Assembly: GCA_031961545.1 (NCBI GenBank) | Contig: JAVRLK010000001.1 | Coordinates: forward strand, 6,596-70,595 | DNA: 64,000 nucleotides | Origin: Thermoplasmatota archaeon | GTDB taxonomy: Archaea; Thermoplasmatota; Thermoplasmata; Thermoplasmatales; ARK-15 | Direction: 5' to 3' | Shown here: one piece after another, positions 35,796-44,929 of the stretch | Layout of the letters: every line of letters begins with the position of its first letter | How positions within the stretch are numbered: position 1 is the stretch's first letter | Notes under the pieces: generated by a model | What the model was told of the DNA's origin: nothing | The model's input: the letters and a program-made list of their open reading frames with translations, nothing else | The model's database searches: none | Position numbers and translations under genes: made by a program

Positions 35796-37631
35796 CTTCT
35801 CAACGTTCACAAAAGTTGTGTTAACTGCTGATACACGACCGTATTGTTCCTGGACCTCATCGGTTGTAAGATAATTCACATTCCACCCATATATGCTCGG
35901 CCATGATCCTTTATAAATTACAATGCACTTTTCCTTGACACTTTCATCAACCTTCACCCTTGTTTTTATGCTTCCAAATTCATTGTAAATCCTCACAGGA
36001 TCATTATCTTTAATCCCCAGAATAAAAGCATCTGATGGATTCATATGTGCGAATGTATCGAATGAATAAAGATTGTTGTGTTGGCTTGATATACCCTGCA
36101 CATGTGTTGGACTGAGCAATCTAAATCCATTATTTTCATATTTTCTGTAATTTTCAAGATCCCTTAAAACAGAGTTCAGATTCACATTTATTTTATTATT
36201 TATTCTTTCTACTTTTATAAAACCATCCTTGAAGAATTTTTCTTCATCCAGGTTTGCCCTTCTAAGTATATTTTTGATTATTGTCTTTTCGTCCTCAAAA
36301 AGGTATGGATCCTTAAGATCAAGCTTCCTGGCAAGTTCAACAAACAGATCATGGTTTGATTTTGCCTCACCCATGGGATTGAAAATTTTCTGATTGTAGT
36401 TAAGATAATCATGGTAATAGGAATCAACAATATCCTCATGCTCAAAAAATGTTGTTGCGGGCAAAAATATATCGGAATAAAGGCCCGTATCCGTCATGTA
36501 AATATCATGAACAACAACGAAAATATCCTCATCCATCAAAACTTTCCTCAATAAATTTTGGTTTGAAAGTGAAACAAGGGGATTATGGTTGTATACTATC
36601 AACATTTTTATGTTGTTTTTTATAATTTCCCTTCCAAGATCAGCCTGGTTTATTATTTTCCTTTTATCGTTTTCACCGGAAACATATGTGTAATCGATTC
36701 TATGTTTTGCATCATAGATGAACCTGCCCTCCTGTCCGATTATTGCAAGAAGGTATGCTATCATCTTTACAGCAGTTGCACCATAAAGGTTTCTCTGAAA
36801 ACCGTAACCAATATGGACAACAATTGGTTTCAGCGTTATAAGGTCATCAACAAATTCCTCAATTATTTTTTTATCAACACCTATTATTTTTTCCATTCTT
36901 TCAGGATCGTGATCAAAAGCATATTTCTTTGCTGGTCCTATATCATAACCCTTTTTATGTAGAATGTTCAACATGGTGAGGATAAGGTCAACATCCGTTC
37001 CAACCTTCAATCTAACATGGACATCTGAAGATTTTGCACTCTCCGTTATTAAAGGATCAACAACATATATTTTCCCTGATGATAGTTTTGCCATTCTCCA
37101 TCCATGTACATTTGTCCATGCTGGATTTATACCCCAGTAAACAACAAGTTTTGAATTTTTAATTTCCTCAGGATCCACACCTATTGATGTTCCAAAAATT
37201 TCCTTGAGTGCAAGAGAACCTGCCTCATCGCATATTGAATGGTTAAGTTTTGCAAAACCCAGATAGTTAAAAAGTCTTTGAGGGAAATGGTATGAGATTA
37301 TTCCCCTATTACCCGCATACTCAACAGGTAAAATACTATCTGGACCATATTCCTCCATAATTTCCTTTATTTTTCTGGATAAAACATCAAGGGCATAATC
37401 CCAGGTTATTCTTCTGAATTCACCCGAACCCCTTTTTCCAGTTCTTTCCATTGGATAAAGAACCCTGCCATTGTAATGCGCATCAACAAAATGTTTGGAC
37501 TTAAGGCATAAAAATCCGGATGTGATGGGATGGTTTCTGTTCCCTGTTATTTTTAATCTATTGTTCTCAAATATGCTTATTATTGAACAGGAATCGTAAC
37601 AGTCCTTTGGACAGGCCGAATAATATTGCAT
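35790..37631 (-). CDS. molybdopterin oxidoreductase (DMSO reductase/MopB superfamily), cytoplasmic
   Basis: N-terminal FeS motif CPKDCYDSC...C, 613 aa, no Tat signal and no in-frame TGA. Confidence 0.75.
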   Translation of the reverse strand: MQYYSACPKDCYDSCSIISIFENNRLKITGNRNHPITSGFLCLKSKHFVDAHYNGRVLYPMERTGKRGSGEFRRITWDYALDVLSRKIKEIMEEYGPDSILPVEYAGNRGIISYHFPQRLFNYLGFAKLNHSICDEAGSLALKEIFGTSIGVDPEEIKNSKLVVYWGINPAWTNVHGWRMAKLSSGKIYVVDPLITESAKSSDVHVRLKVGTDVDLILTMLNILHKKGYDIGPAKKYAFDHDPERMEKIIGVDKKIIEEFVDDLITLKPIVVHIGYGFQRNLYGATAVKMIAYLLAIIGQEGRFIYDAKHRIDYTYVSGENDKRKIINQADLGREIIKNNIKMLIVYNHNPLVSLSNQNLLRKVLMDEDIFVVVHDIYMTDTGLYSDIFLPATTFFEHEDIVDSYYHDYLNYNQKIFNPMGEAKSNHDLFVELARKLDLKDPYLFEDEKTIIKNILRRANLDEEKFFKDGFIKVERINNKINVNLNSVLRDLENYRKYENNGFRLLSPTHVQGISSQHNNLYSFDTFAHMNPSDAFILGIKDNDPVRIYNEFGSIKTRVKVDESVKEKCIVIYKGSWPSIYGWNVNYLTTDEVQEQYGRVSAVNTTFVNVEKL

Positions 37632-37710
37632 AAATTTAAAAAGTGATGTAAATTAAAAATTTTACTCTTAGAGACAATCAATTTTTATAATAAAATACAT
37701 TTCAACAGTT

Positions 37711-38061
37711 ATGAACTGGCCCCTTGTAATGGATATTTTGAAAAATTCCGAGAACAGTTTCCTGATAAAAATCAGGACTAAAAAGGGGCCCATATCCCTT
37801 GAAAAATTCATAAGAAAAAAGTTCTCAAAGATGGGTGAATTCTATCTTTTAAACCACTGGTCCCCCTATTCAAAGATAGGTGTTATTGAAATAATATTTG
37901 GAAACAGAAAAATATTCATAGAGTGGATTGCGAATAAGGAGAAGGAAGAAATTATTGATGTGAAGAAAATAGATAATTTTGATATAGAGGGATTTGAAGA
38001 ATACCTTTCATCCCTTGGTGTTGAGAGCAGCGTTCTCAGACTTATGCGCTGGGAATTATAA
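37711..38061 (+). CDS. hypothetical protein (116 aa)
   Basis: Clean ORF. Its last 50 or so codons are duplicated at 45950-46108. Confidence 0.55.
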   Translation: MNWPLVMDILKNSENSFLIKIRTKKGPISLEKFIRKKFSKMGEFYLLNHWSPYSKIGVIEIIFGNRKIFIEWIANKEKEEIIDVKKIDNFDIEGFEEYLSSLGVESSVLRLMRWEL

Positions 38062-38155
38062 AAAATTTATTTTAAAAGTAGCGGGGGGTGGATTTGAACC
38101 ACCGATCTACGGGTTATGAGCCCGTCGGGATTTCCTGGCTACCCTATCCCACTTT
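37898..38155. repeat. direct repeat copy 1 (3' end of the hypothetical gene plus a tRNA-iMet copy)
   Basis: Aligns with 45950-46201 with a few indels. The tRNA part is identical except for three substitutions. Confidence 0.9.
38079..38153 (-). tRNA. tRNA-Met(CAT), initiator-type, variant copy with an imperfect acceptor stem
   Basis: AGTGGGATAGGGTAGCCAGGAAATCCCGACGGGCTCATAACCCGTAGATCGGTGGTTCAAATCCACCCCCCGCTA. It has A1:U72 and GGG/CCC in the anticodon stem. U3:G70 is a wobble pair and A7:C66 is a mismatch. Confidence 0.7.
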
Positions 38156-38284
38156 GCCATTTTCACTGCCTGAAGTTAGGGATAGATAGATTGAGATAGA
38201 AGTACTAAAAAAGAAGGTTAATGCCTGATTACAAGGCAATTCAAACTTTTTAGCGTTTATTTTTGAAAATGGTAAAAATGGCTT

Positions 38285-40060
38285 TTAATAAAGCAAAACG
38301 GAAACGATTATTACGATCATGAAGGAAACGAGCATGTATACCGTATACCAAGCAATCGAACTGTTCATGAACTTTCTTGTGACTATGAAGCACATTTTCC
38401 TATAGCCTCTCCCAGTGGAAACCATAACATACCAGAAAATATCAGTCACTGAAATGGGCTGGTTATCACTTCTGATCTTTGTCCTGAGAATCCTGCGCAG
38501 CATCAATCTTATGTTGTTTGCATATGCGAACGATGTGTATTCCCCCGTTACTGGTCTTCCACTGTTCCAGACATCTGCCGTCCTGACCTTCGGTTTTCTG
38601 AAAACAGCATACGCCACTAGGGAAAAAATCAGAATAAGTAAGATAATATAATCGGGCGACAGCAGACCAAAATCTGCCACTGAAAACCTGGATACTATCG
38701 CGAAGCCATTGAAGACAAGCACTGATGGTACGCCACCCCTGAATATTTCTGGAATAAAAATGATGGAGATTGCAAACAGGACAAGAATCAGAGACCCAAT
38801 ACTGAACAAGGTAACAGCCTCTATCTTCCTGGCTTTACCCTTCCTTGCCCTGAATAATACAGAAAAAGAAAGGACCTTCATCATAGATCCCGTGGCCATT
38901 CCTTCGGATATTGCTATCACTGATCCAACAATTATTGCAATAATACCTATATAGCCCCCAAGGAAAGCCTGCATGAAAAATGATTCAAGGAGCATCCAGA
39001 CCGCAAGTCCGCCTATTGTTGGAAAGAGACCTGACAGAGACAAGGTGGAGAGAAGAGTACCAAGCCTCATCCATCTGTCTTCTGCAAACCCTGCCTCCCC
39101 AAAGTACTCCTTTCCAGTACTTCCTATTGATAGGAAGAGACCTGTTTTTGACAGGGCATGTGACAGGGTAAAGATAATTACTGTTATGAGAACGAATTCC
39201 TTCAGGATTGCATTATCTGATACGAGATACAGGCCAAAAGCCGCTAAAATTGCGGCCTGATTCTCTATCGTGCTGAATCCACCGAGCATCTTCATTTCCT
39301 CTGAAATGTAGGCATATATTGATACGAAAATGATCGAAATACTTGCTATTATCAGGAAAATTATTCCTATGTAAATCAGTCCAGAGCTGGCTGCACTCAG
39401 GAATATCATTTTATTTATTAGGTACACCCCCATCAATGTCATTGTTGCGCTGAATACAGCGGATGCATTTGCCGGTGCATTTCCATGCGCTATGGGAAGC
39501 CACTCACTTATCATAAAGGGGAACATGCCCATCTTGATCAGCGATCCCAACGATACAAGAAGAAGCGGTACTAAGCTTCTAACTTGAATAAAGCCAAATG
39601 AAGAATTTCCAGACATTACAAATGATGATATGGCACCGGCAATGATCAGCACTGTACTAAATTCGCTGAATGCCATAAAGGTGAAGGCGGGCCCTTTCCG
39701 ATTCTTATTCAATGCAACTATGAGATAAGATGAAATGGACATTATTTCCCATCCAGAAATTAGTAAAAGGTAGTTGTTTGAAACAAGTATTATTGCCATC
39801 CCAAGAACAGTTAGTGACAAAAGTGGTGCCAGCCATTTTCCATAATTTTCTCCGTAAGATAATGAATATATGCCTGCAAAAAACCAGACCATCGCAGCTA
39901 TGATGGAATAATAAGAAAGATAATCACACGGTACATACTGTGTAACTCCAAAAATCAAGGAAGAAACTGAAAGTATCAGGTAGGATGCCTTCCTGTTGAA
40001 TATTCCGACTAGTGCTGCAATTCCGAATAGTACAGGCCCAAGATAGGAAAGCATAATCAT
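38285..40060 (-). CDS. antiporter-like membrane subunit (HyfB/HycC/NuoL family)
   Basis: 591 aa and polytopic. It has LLISGWEIMSISSYLIV and LPIAHGNAPANASAVFSATM motifs. Confidence 0.75.
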   Translation of the reverse strand: MIMLSYLGPVLFGIAALVGIFNRKASYLILSVSSLIFGVTQYVPCDYLSYYSIIAAMVWFFAGIYSLSYGENYGKWLAPLLSLTVLGMAIILVSNNYLLLISGWEIMSISSYLIVALNKNRKGPAFTFMAFSEFSTVLIIAGAISSFVMSGNSSFGFIQVRSLVPLLLVSLGSLIKMGMFPFMISEWLPIAHGNAPANASAVFSATMTLMGVYLINKMIFLSAASSGLIYIGIIFLIIASISIIFVSIYAYISEEMKMLGGFSTIENQAAILAAFGLYLVSDNAILKEFVLITVIIFTLSHALSKTGLFLSIGSTGKEYFGEAGFAEDRWMRLGTLLSTLSLSGLFPTIGGLAVWMLLESFFMQAFLGGYIGIIAIIVGSVIAISEGMATGSMMKVLSFSVLFRARKGKARKIEAVTLFSIGSLILVLFAISIIFIPEIFRGGVPSVLVFNGFAIVSRFSVADFGLLSPDYIILLILIFSLVAYAVFRKPKVRTADVWNSGRPVTGEYTSFAYANNIRLMLRRILRTKIRSDNQPISVTDIFWYVMVSTGRGYRKMCFIVTRKFMNSSIAWYTVYMLVSFMIVIIVSVLLY

Positions 40061-40725
40061 TTCTCCTCCGTATTTCTTTTATTTTCTTTGTAATGACCCT
40101 TATCATTTCTCATAACAGCGTTAAGGGCAGCCAATATTGTATACGGAGAGGGAGGGCATCCAGCGATCTCAACATTATATTTTTCTCTATCCAATGGTGG
40201 TTCTCCAATGATCCCACCGGATAATGCACATGTTCCTAGTGCAATGATGAGTTTTGGTTCCGGCATAGCATCATAGGCTCTTTCAAGAGCCTCTTTCATG
40301 CCAGAAGTCATTGTTCCCATAACAATGATAGCATCGGCATGGCGGGGTGTGTTGACCACAAATATACCTAGACGATTTGCATCGTACTGTGGCGAGAATA
40401 TGCTGAAAAACTCTGTGTTGCACGCCCCGCAGGTACCGGAATCTATCACAAATACATGGAATGAACGCTTGAACGTTTTATTATAACTTTTTATTGTGAA
40501 CATATTCTGATCACCGGTTGGCTGTAAATCTGGCAGGCATCTACGGCAGAATATGCATTTCTCTCTGATCCATAAACCGTTGTTTATAGCGTTCACAGGG
40601 CATTTATCACTTCCATTTCCTACAAGGCTGGATGGCCATAGCGGTGCCTCAACAGATTCTACTGTTGGGAATTTTTCCGTTTTTATTCCCTTCCTTATCC
40701 CATTGAGAAACCATATGTTGCTCAT
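40057..40725 (-). CDS. NuoB/HycG-like small subunit fused to a degenerate HycF/NuoI-like ferredoxin segment
   Basis: NuoB cluster ligands are present: DSGTCGACN, LGTCALSG and GCPPSP. The N-terminal 70 aa carry DKCPVNAI...CIFCRRC. Confidence 0.8.
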   Translation of the reverse strand: MSNIWFLNGIRKGIKTEKFPTVESVEAPLWPSSLVGNGSDKCPVNAINNGLWIREKCIFCRRCLPDLQPTGDQNMFTIKSYNKTFKRSFHVFVIDSGTCGACNTEFFSIFSPQYDANRLGIFVVNTPRHADAIIVMGTMTSGMKEALERAYDAMPEPKLIIALGTCALSGGIIGEPPLDREKYNVEIAGCPPSPYTILAALNAVMRNDKGHYKENKRNTEEK

Positions 40726-41891
40726 CTTATCATCACCGCAAGTTCAGAAATCCATATTCCAAAACTTTCCCAGTTGAAATGGAAATCAGTGAATATATTT
40801 CCTGCCATAGATTTTATAAACGCATCAATATTAATCAACGAGGGGGACGCAATCTGCAGATCCTTTAGAATCCCATTTTCTATGTTTACGTAGTAGAAAA
40901 GGTCACCCTGAGGGCTCTCAATTCTAGCTGCGCCTTCTCCACTCATATGCGAAATAGGGGCAGCATCCGAATTTCCGCTGTATTCTATGGCTCTTGATAT
41001 TATTTCTGCAGATTCCAAGATTTCCTGACTTCTCACATAGAACCTTCCAAATGCATCAGGTTCATCAAATAAGAATGGCCTGAAACCGAGTTCTGAGTAT
41101 GGAAGATCTTTGGTGTCAATTCTAGCATCTATTTCCATCCCGGCTGCTCTGGCCGCCGGTCCGGTTAAGTTCCCTTCTTTGATTATTCCATTGTTCTGAA
41201 GTCTGTTCAGAAATATCTTTGACCGTAAAAGCCCATCAAATATTCTGGAAAAATCGTCTCTAATCCTTTTAACGGCGGAAGCTATTTTAGCTGTTTTCAA
41301 ATTGCAACCGCCTATAGAAGAAGCTGAAAAGAAATATCTATGGCCTGCTGCCCGGGAGATGATCCTTGACATTTCTTCCTGGAGGTATGCTATTTGATTC
41401 TGTGGAACGCCGAAACTCGCTGATTCGCACAGCCGTTTCACCACTTCCAGATTACTTCTCATCCTTTCCAGCTCGATCATTATCAATCGTGAATAGCGTA
41501 CACGTTCAGGTACTTCAATTCCAAGCGCATCTTCAACGGCAATTTCGAAGGCTATGGCATGTGATGCGGCATGAAAGCCGTTGATCCTCTCCACCATAAG
41601 CAGAGCATCACGTGGATCCAGTCCTATAATCTTCAATGTCCGTTTTTTGACGTATGGATCAACGTCGACGTGCTTTATCAGTTCACCTGGAGTATGTATA
41701 TCAAAAGCTACGGATTCAAGTAATCCACCTGTTGCGGGCCCATATTCAAAGGTGAACTCTCCCGGAAAATTCCAGTAGGTTTCCCAGGAAATGTCTATTC
41801 TCTTATCCGATATGGTTCTCTCGTATATTGAATATTTTTCGGTATTCCCGATGAATCTACCTTCAGGTTGGCCAAATCTATAATATCTCAC
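40722..41891 (-). CDS. NuoD/HycE-like large subunit lacking the NiFe-ligand cysteines
   Basis: MVERINGFHAASHAIAFEIAVEDALGIEVPERVRYSRLIMIELERM aligns with the hydrogenase L1 region R-x-C-G-x-C-x3-H, but reads N-G-F-H. The C-terminus has no D-P-C-x2-C. Confidence 0.8.
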   Translation of the reverse strand: MRYYRFGQPEGRFIGNTEKYSIYERTISDKRIDISWETYWNFPGEFTFEYGPATGGLLESVAFDIHTPGELIKHVDVDPYVKKRTLKIIGLDPRDALLMVERINGFHAASHAIAFEIAVEDALGIEVPERVRYSRLIMIELERMRSNLEVVKRLCESASFGVPQNQIAYLQEEMSRIISRAAGHRYFFSASSIGGCNLKTAKIASAVKRIRDDFSRIFDGLLRSKIFLNRLQNNGIIKEGNLTGPAARAAGMEIDARIDTKDLPYSELGFRPFLFDEPDAFGRFYVRSQEILESAEIISRAIEYSGNSDAAPISHMSGEGAARIESPQGDLFYYVNIENGILKDLQIASPSLINIDAFIKSMAGNIFTDFHFNWESFGIWISELAVMIR

Positions 41892-43224
41892 CGAACATCA
41901 CCACCAGATAAAAAACCCCGATAAAAAGGGGAATTGAGGACGAAATTATGGAAATGACCTGCATGATTCCCTTATTCTCCCTACCTGGATGTGAATCGCC
42001 GAACACCATTCCCGTTACGTTATAATTCATGGAGATGAATGCTGCGGTCAGAAATATTATTACTATGATGAATTGTGCATACATGTGCAGGGAAAAGATA
42101 TCAGCAAGTATTAGGAACTCACCGAAGAATGTCCCAAACGGAGGTGCGCCGGTAACAGCCAGTGAAGACATTATCAGGGATGTGGATGTGTAGGGCATGG
42201 ATCTTGCCATGCCACTGATCTCTTCTATCTTCTTCTTTCCTGTGAATTTCAAAATATTTCCGGAAGAATAAAAAGCGGCAGCCTTTCCAAAACTGTGGGA
42301 AAGCAGGATAAGCAGTGCACCTGTCAGCCCAAGTGGTCCGCCTACAGCCAGGCCAAGCAGAGCCAGGTTCATGTTCTCCATTGAGGAATATGCAAACATC
42401 CTCTTGTACCTAGTCTGGTAGCCGATAAATATTGATGCCGCCGCTATGGAAATCACAGCAAACCAGACATATAGAGACCTTAACGGTTCAATTTCATAAA
42501 CCATATACAGTACATACAGAGCTGTTGGGAGGAGAACACCTGATAACATGGCACTTACGGGTGATGGGGCCTCACTGTGCGCATCCGGAAGCCAGGTATG
42601 TACAGGAAAGACACCAACCTTTGTGCCGAAACCTATCAGGGCAATTGAAACGGCAAGAACCATTATTCTTGAATGCACATGTGAGGCTATAGAAACAGAG
42701 ACAGAAAGTGTTCCGAGCGTATAGTAAATCAGTATGATGGAAATGAAGGCAAAAGTTATCCCTACGGAAACTATAATGATATATCTCCACGTTGCCTCCA
42801 GAGAAGTTTCAGTTTTTTCCGTTATTAAGAGAAGTGCAGATGAAATTGTAGTTGCCTCCAGTCCAACCCACATCAGGCCATAGTTGTTGACCTCAAGCGA
42901 AAATAGCATGGATGAGGTGAACAGGTCAAGGAGGAGGTAATAACTGGATTCACTGATTCCCATTCTGTTGATTCCTTTCAGGTACTCTGTCGAATAAATA
43001 GTGGAGAGAAGGTACACCGAAAGCACCATTATTATGAAAAACATTGTTGAATTCTGTACAAAAAAGAACCCCACCTCCGGGCGGATAAAATACATGGCGC
43101 TCCCGGCAATTAAATCTATGGAGGCTACAATCACCGAGGCCTGTTTTATCCAGTTACGATAAAATATTCCGGCTGTCGCTGGTAGCAGAATAACCATAAT
43201 CGCAAGAAAATCGCCGTAGGTCAT
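41878..43224 (-). CDS. antiporter-like membrane subunit (HyfF/HyfD/NuoN-M family)
   Basis: GLMWVGLEATTISSALLL and VHTWLPDAHSEAPSPVSAMLSGVLL. Confidence 0.8.
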   Translation of the reverse strand: MTYGDFLAIMVILLPATAGIFYRNWIKQASVIVASIDLIAGSAMYFIRPEVGFFFVQNSTMFFIIMVLSVYLLSTIYSTEYLKGINRMGISESSYYLLLDLFTSSMLFSLEVNNYGLMWVGLEATTISSALLLITEKTETSLEATWRYIIIVSVGITFAFISIILIYYTLGTLSVSVSIASHVHSRIMVLAVSIALIGFGTKVGVFPVHTWLPDAHSEAPSPVSAMLSGVLLPTALYVLYMVYEIEPLRSLYVWFAVISIAAASIFIGYQTRYKRMFAYSSMENMNLALLGLAVGGPLGLTGALLILLSHSFGKAAAFYSSGNILKFTGKKKIEEISGMARSMPYTSTSLIMSSLAVTGAPPFGTFFGEFLILADIFSLHMYAQFIIVIIFLTAAFISMNYNVTGMVFGDSHPGRENKGIMQVISIISSSIPLFIGVFYLVVMFGEIL

Positions 43225-43874
43225 CCTTTCAACTCCTCCAAAGATTCATGGCTAAATTTTTCCAGCACAACGATAGATGATACTACCACAAGTGCCAGGA
43301 CGTCAAGAAAAACACTTACATCTATAATTAAGGGTATTGGCATAAGGAAGATTGCAAATAGTACAAGAGAATTTTCCTCCTCAACATAGCCGATTATCTG
43401 AGTAAATGTTATCTTTCTGGAAGCTATCAAAAATAGCCCCTGAAAGAAAAGCGCTATGGGGAAGACAAGTACAGCAGAATTGCCGGAATCCAATAGAAAC
43501 GAACGAAGTATAATTCCGGAGAATGCTACGAAATATATTACGAACACGGAAGGGACAATGAACATGAGGTCAAGAAGGAAAAGATAAGGAAGATTGACAT
43601 TCTTTTCATAGAGGTACACTTTCTCTTTAGGTACACTTTTCTCGAGAAAGTAGTTGACCAAAAAAGCCCTCAGGACAATTATCAGCACCCCGAGTATAAA
43701 AAAGGCGTATAATCTTTCTTCCCATCCTATAATGAATGCTATAATGGCTATAAGGGTTGACTGAACTGATTGTCCCCTTATCATTGAAACGATGAATTCC
43801 TGTCCCTGAATATAAAAACCGGAAATCATTATGATACTGGCAATCATATATACAACCATATCTATGTTGTTCAT
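43221..43874 (-). CDS. HyfE-like small membrane subunit
   Basis: 217 aa with about 6-7 TM helices. Its position between the NuoH-like and NuoN-like genes matches hyf operons. Confidence 0.55.
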   Translation of the reverse strand: MNNIDMVVYMIASIIMISGFYIQGQEFIVSMIRGQSVQSTLIAIIAFIIGWEERLYAFFILGVLIIVLRAFLVNYFLEKSVPKEKVYLYEKNVNLPYLFLLDLMFIVPSVFVIYFVAFSGIILRSFLLDSGNSAVLVFPIALFFQGLFLIASRKITFTQIIGYVEEENSLVLFAIFLMPIPLIIDVSVFLDVLALVVVSSIVVLEKFSHESLEELKG

Positions 43875-44815
43875 GGTATCACCTCAGATAATATGAGGAA
43901 AAGTATGGAAAACGTAAATGCCGCAGCAAGATAGTCCATTACCCTGAACAACCGAATCTTGGCGAGAGTAGTCTCAACAACAAGCACAATGAATATGAGC
44001 AGGAGCCATTTTGCAATCATTACGAAAGGATTGATCAGGAAATATGGTGATGATGAAAAAAGTCCCCAGGGGACGAGGAAAACATTAAGGAGAACGGAAC
44101 CAAGAAGGTATTGCTTTATGTATGATGACCATTTAACTATGGCAAGGAGCTTGCCACTGTATTCATAATTCATGCCTTCATCTATCATTCCAAGTTCCTG
44201 CAGTCCAGAACTTTCTATCGGTATCTTCCCCGTTTCATATAAGAATAGCATAAAAAATGCCAGAGCTGAGAATATATGCGGGAGTGAAAGGTTCTCAAGA
44301 GGGTGTGATATTAGAAAAGCACTGGTAATATACGGATTATTTGTACCAGTTAACAGTGAAACCGCAAAAAAAACTGTAATTAGCGTTCCCTCAGAAAGAA
44401 AATTGAAGGACATTGACCTTGATACTCCCAGGGCTGCGTAATTGCTTCCTGAATCCATTGCTGCAGCATTCTTCAGGAATGCAGCAAGAGAGAAAAGTAT
44501 TGCACCACCGAGAAAATCACCGGATGCAGTAAAGAATATAGGCACGGGAATCACAACCGGTATCATAATCGCTATAAGGGAGTATATTCCGAATAAAATG
44601 TTTGGAACGTACTTGAAAAGTAATCCCGATCCACTCGGTATTATAGTCACTTTATGGAAAAGTTTCCAGAGATCGTAATAGGGCTGGAATATACTGGGGC
44701 CTCTGCGGGATTCAACCATGCTTTTGAATTTTGCAAGTATTCCCGCAAAAAACGGCGCACTAAGAACAACAAAAAAATATTGCGTAAGCGTTTCCACCAG
44801 AGTTAACGTATTCAT
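43871..44815 (-). CDS. NuoH/HycD/HyfC-like membrane subunit
   Basis: ESRRGPSIFQPYYDLWKLFHK is typical of HycD/NuoH. The protein is polytopic and 314 aa. Confidence 0.8.
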   Translation of the reverse strand: MNTLTLVETLTQYFFVVLSAPFFAGILAKFKSMVESRRGPSIFQPYYDLWKLFHKVTIIPSGSGLLFKYVPNILFGIYSLIAIMIPVVIPVPIFFTASGDFLGGAILFSLAAFLKNAAAMDSGSNYAALGVSRSMSFNFLSEGTLITVFFAVSLLTGTNNPYITSAFLISHPLENLSLPHIFSALAFFMLFLYETGKIPIESSGLQELGMIDEGMNYEYSGKLLAIVKWSSYIKQYLLGSVLLNVFLVPWGLFSSSPYFLINPFVMIAKWLLLIFIVLVVETTLAKIRLFRVMDYLAAAFTFSILFLILSEVIP

Positions 44816-44816
44816 A

Positions 44817-44840
44817 TTAAATCACCAGTTAAATCACCAG
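44817..44840 (-). repeat. exact 12-bp tandem duplication carrying the Shine-Dalgarno sequence of the first operon gene
   Basis: The minus strand reads CTGGTGATTTAA-CTGGTGATTTAA-T-ATG. Confidence 0.9.
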
Positions 44841-44929
44841 TTTCAGGTAGGCGTTATCAGCCAGCACAAAAACTGGCGGTTTACTTAGGTGGAAACGCCA
44901 TTCCACGGATTTCACTACATTTATATGAA

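Noticed and set aside
35790-37631. Selenocysteine recoding in the molybdopterin oxidoreductase.
   Set aside because: The ORF is uninterrupted with no in-frame TGA, so there is nothing to recode.
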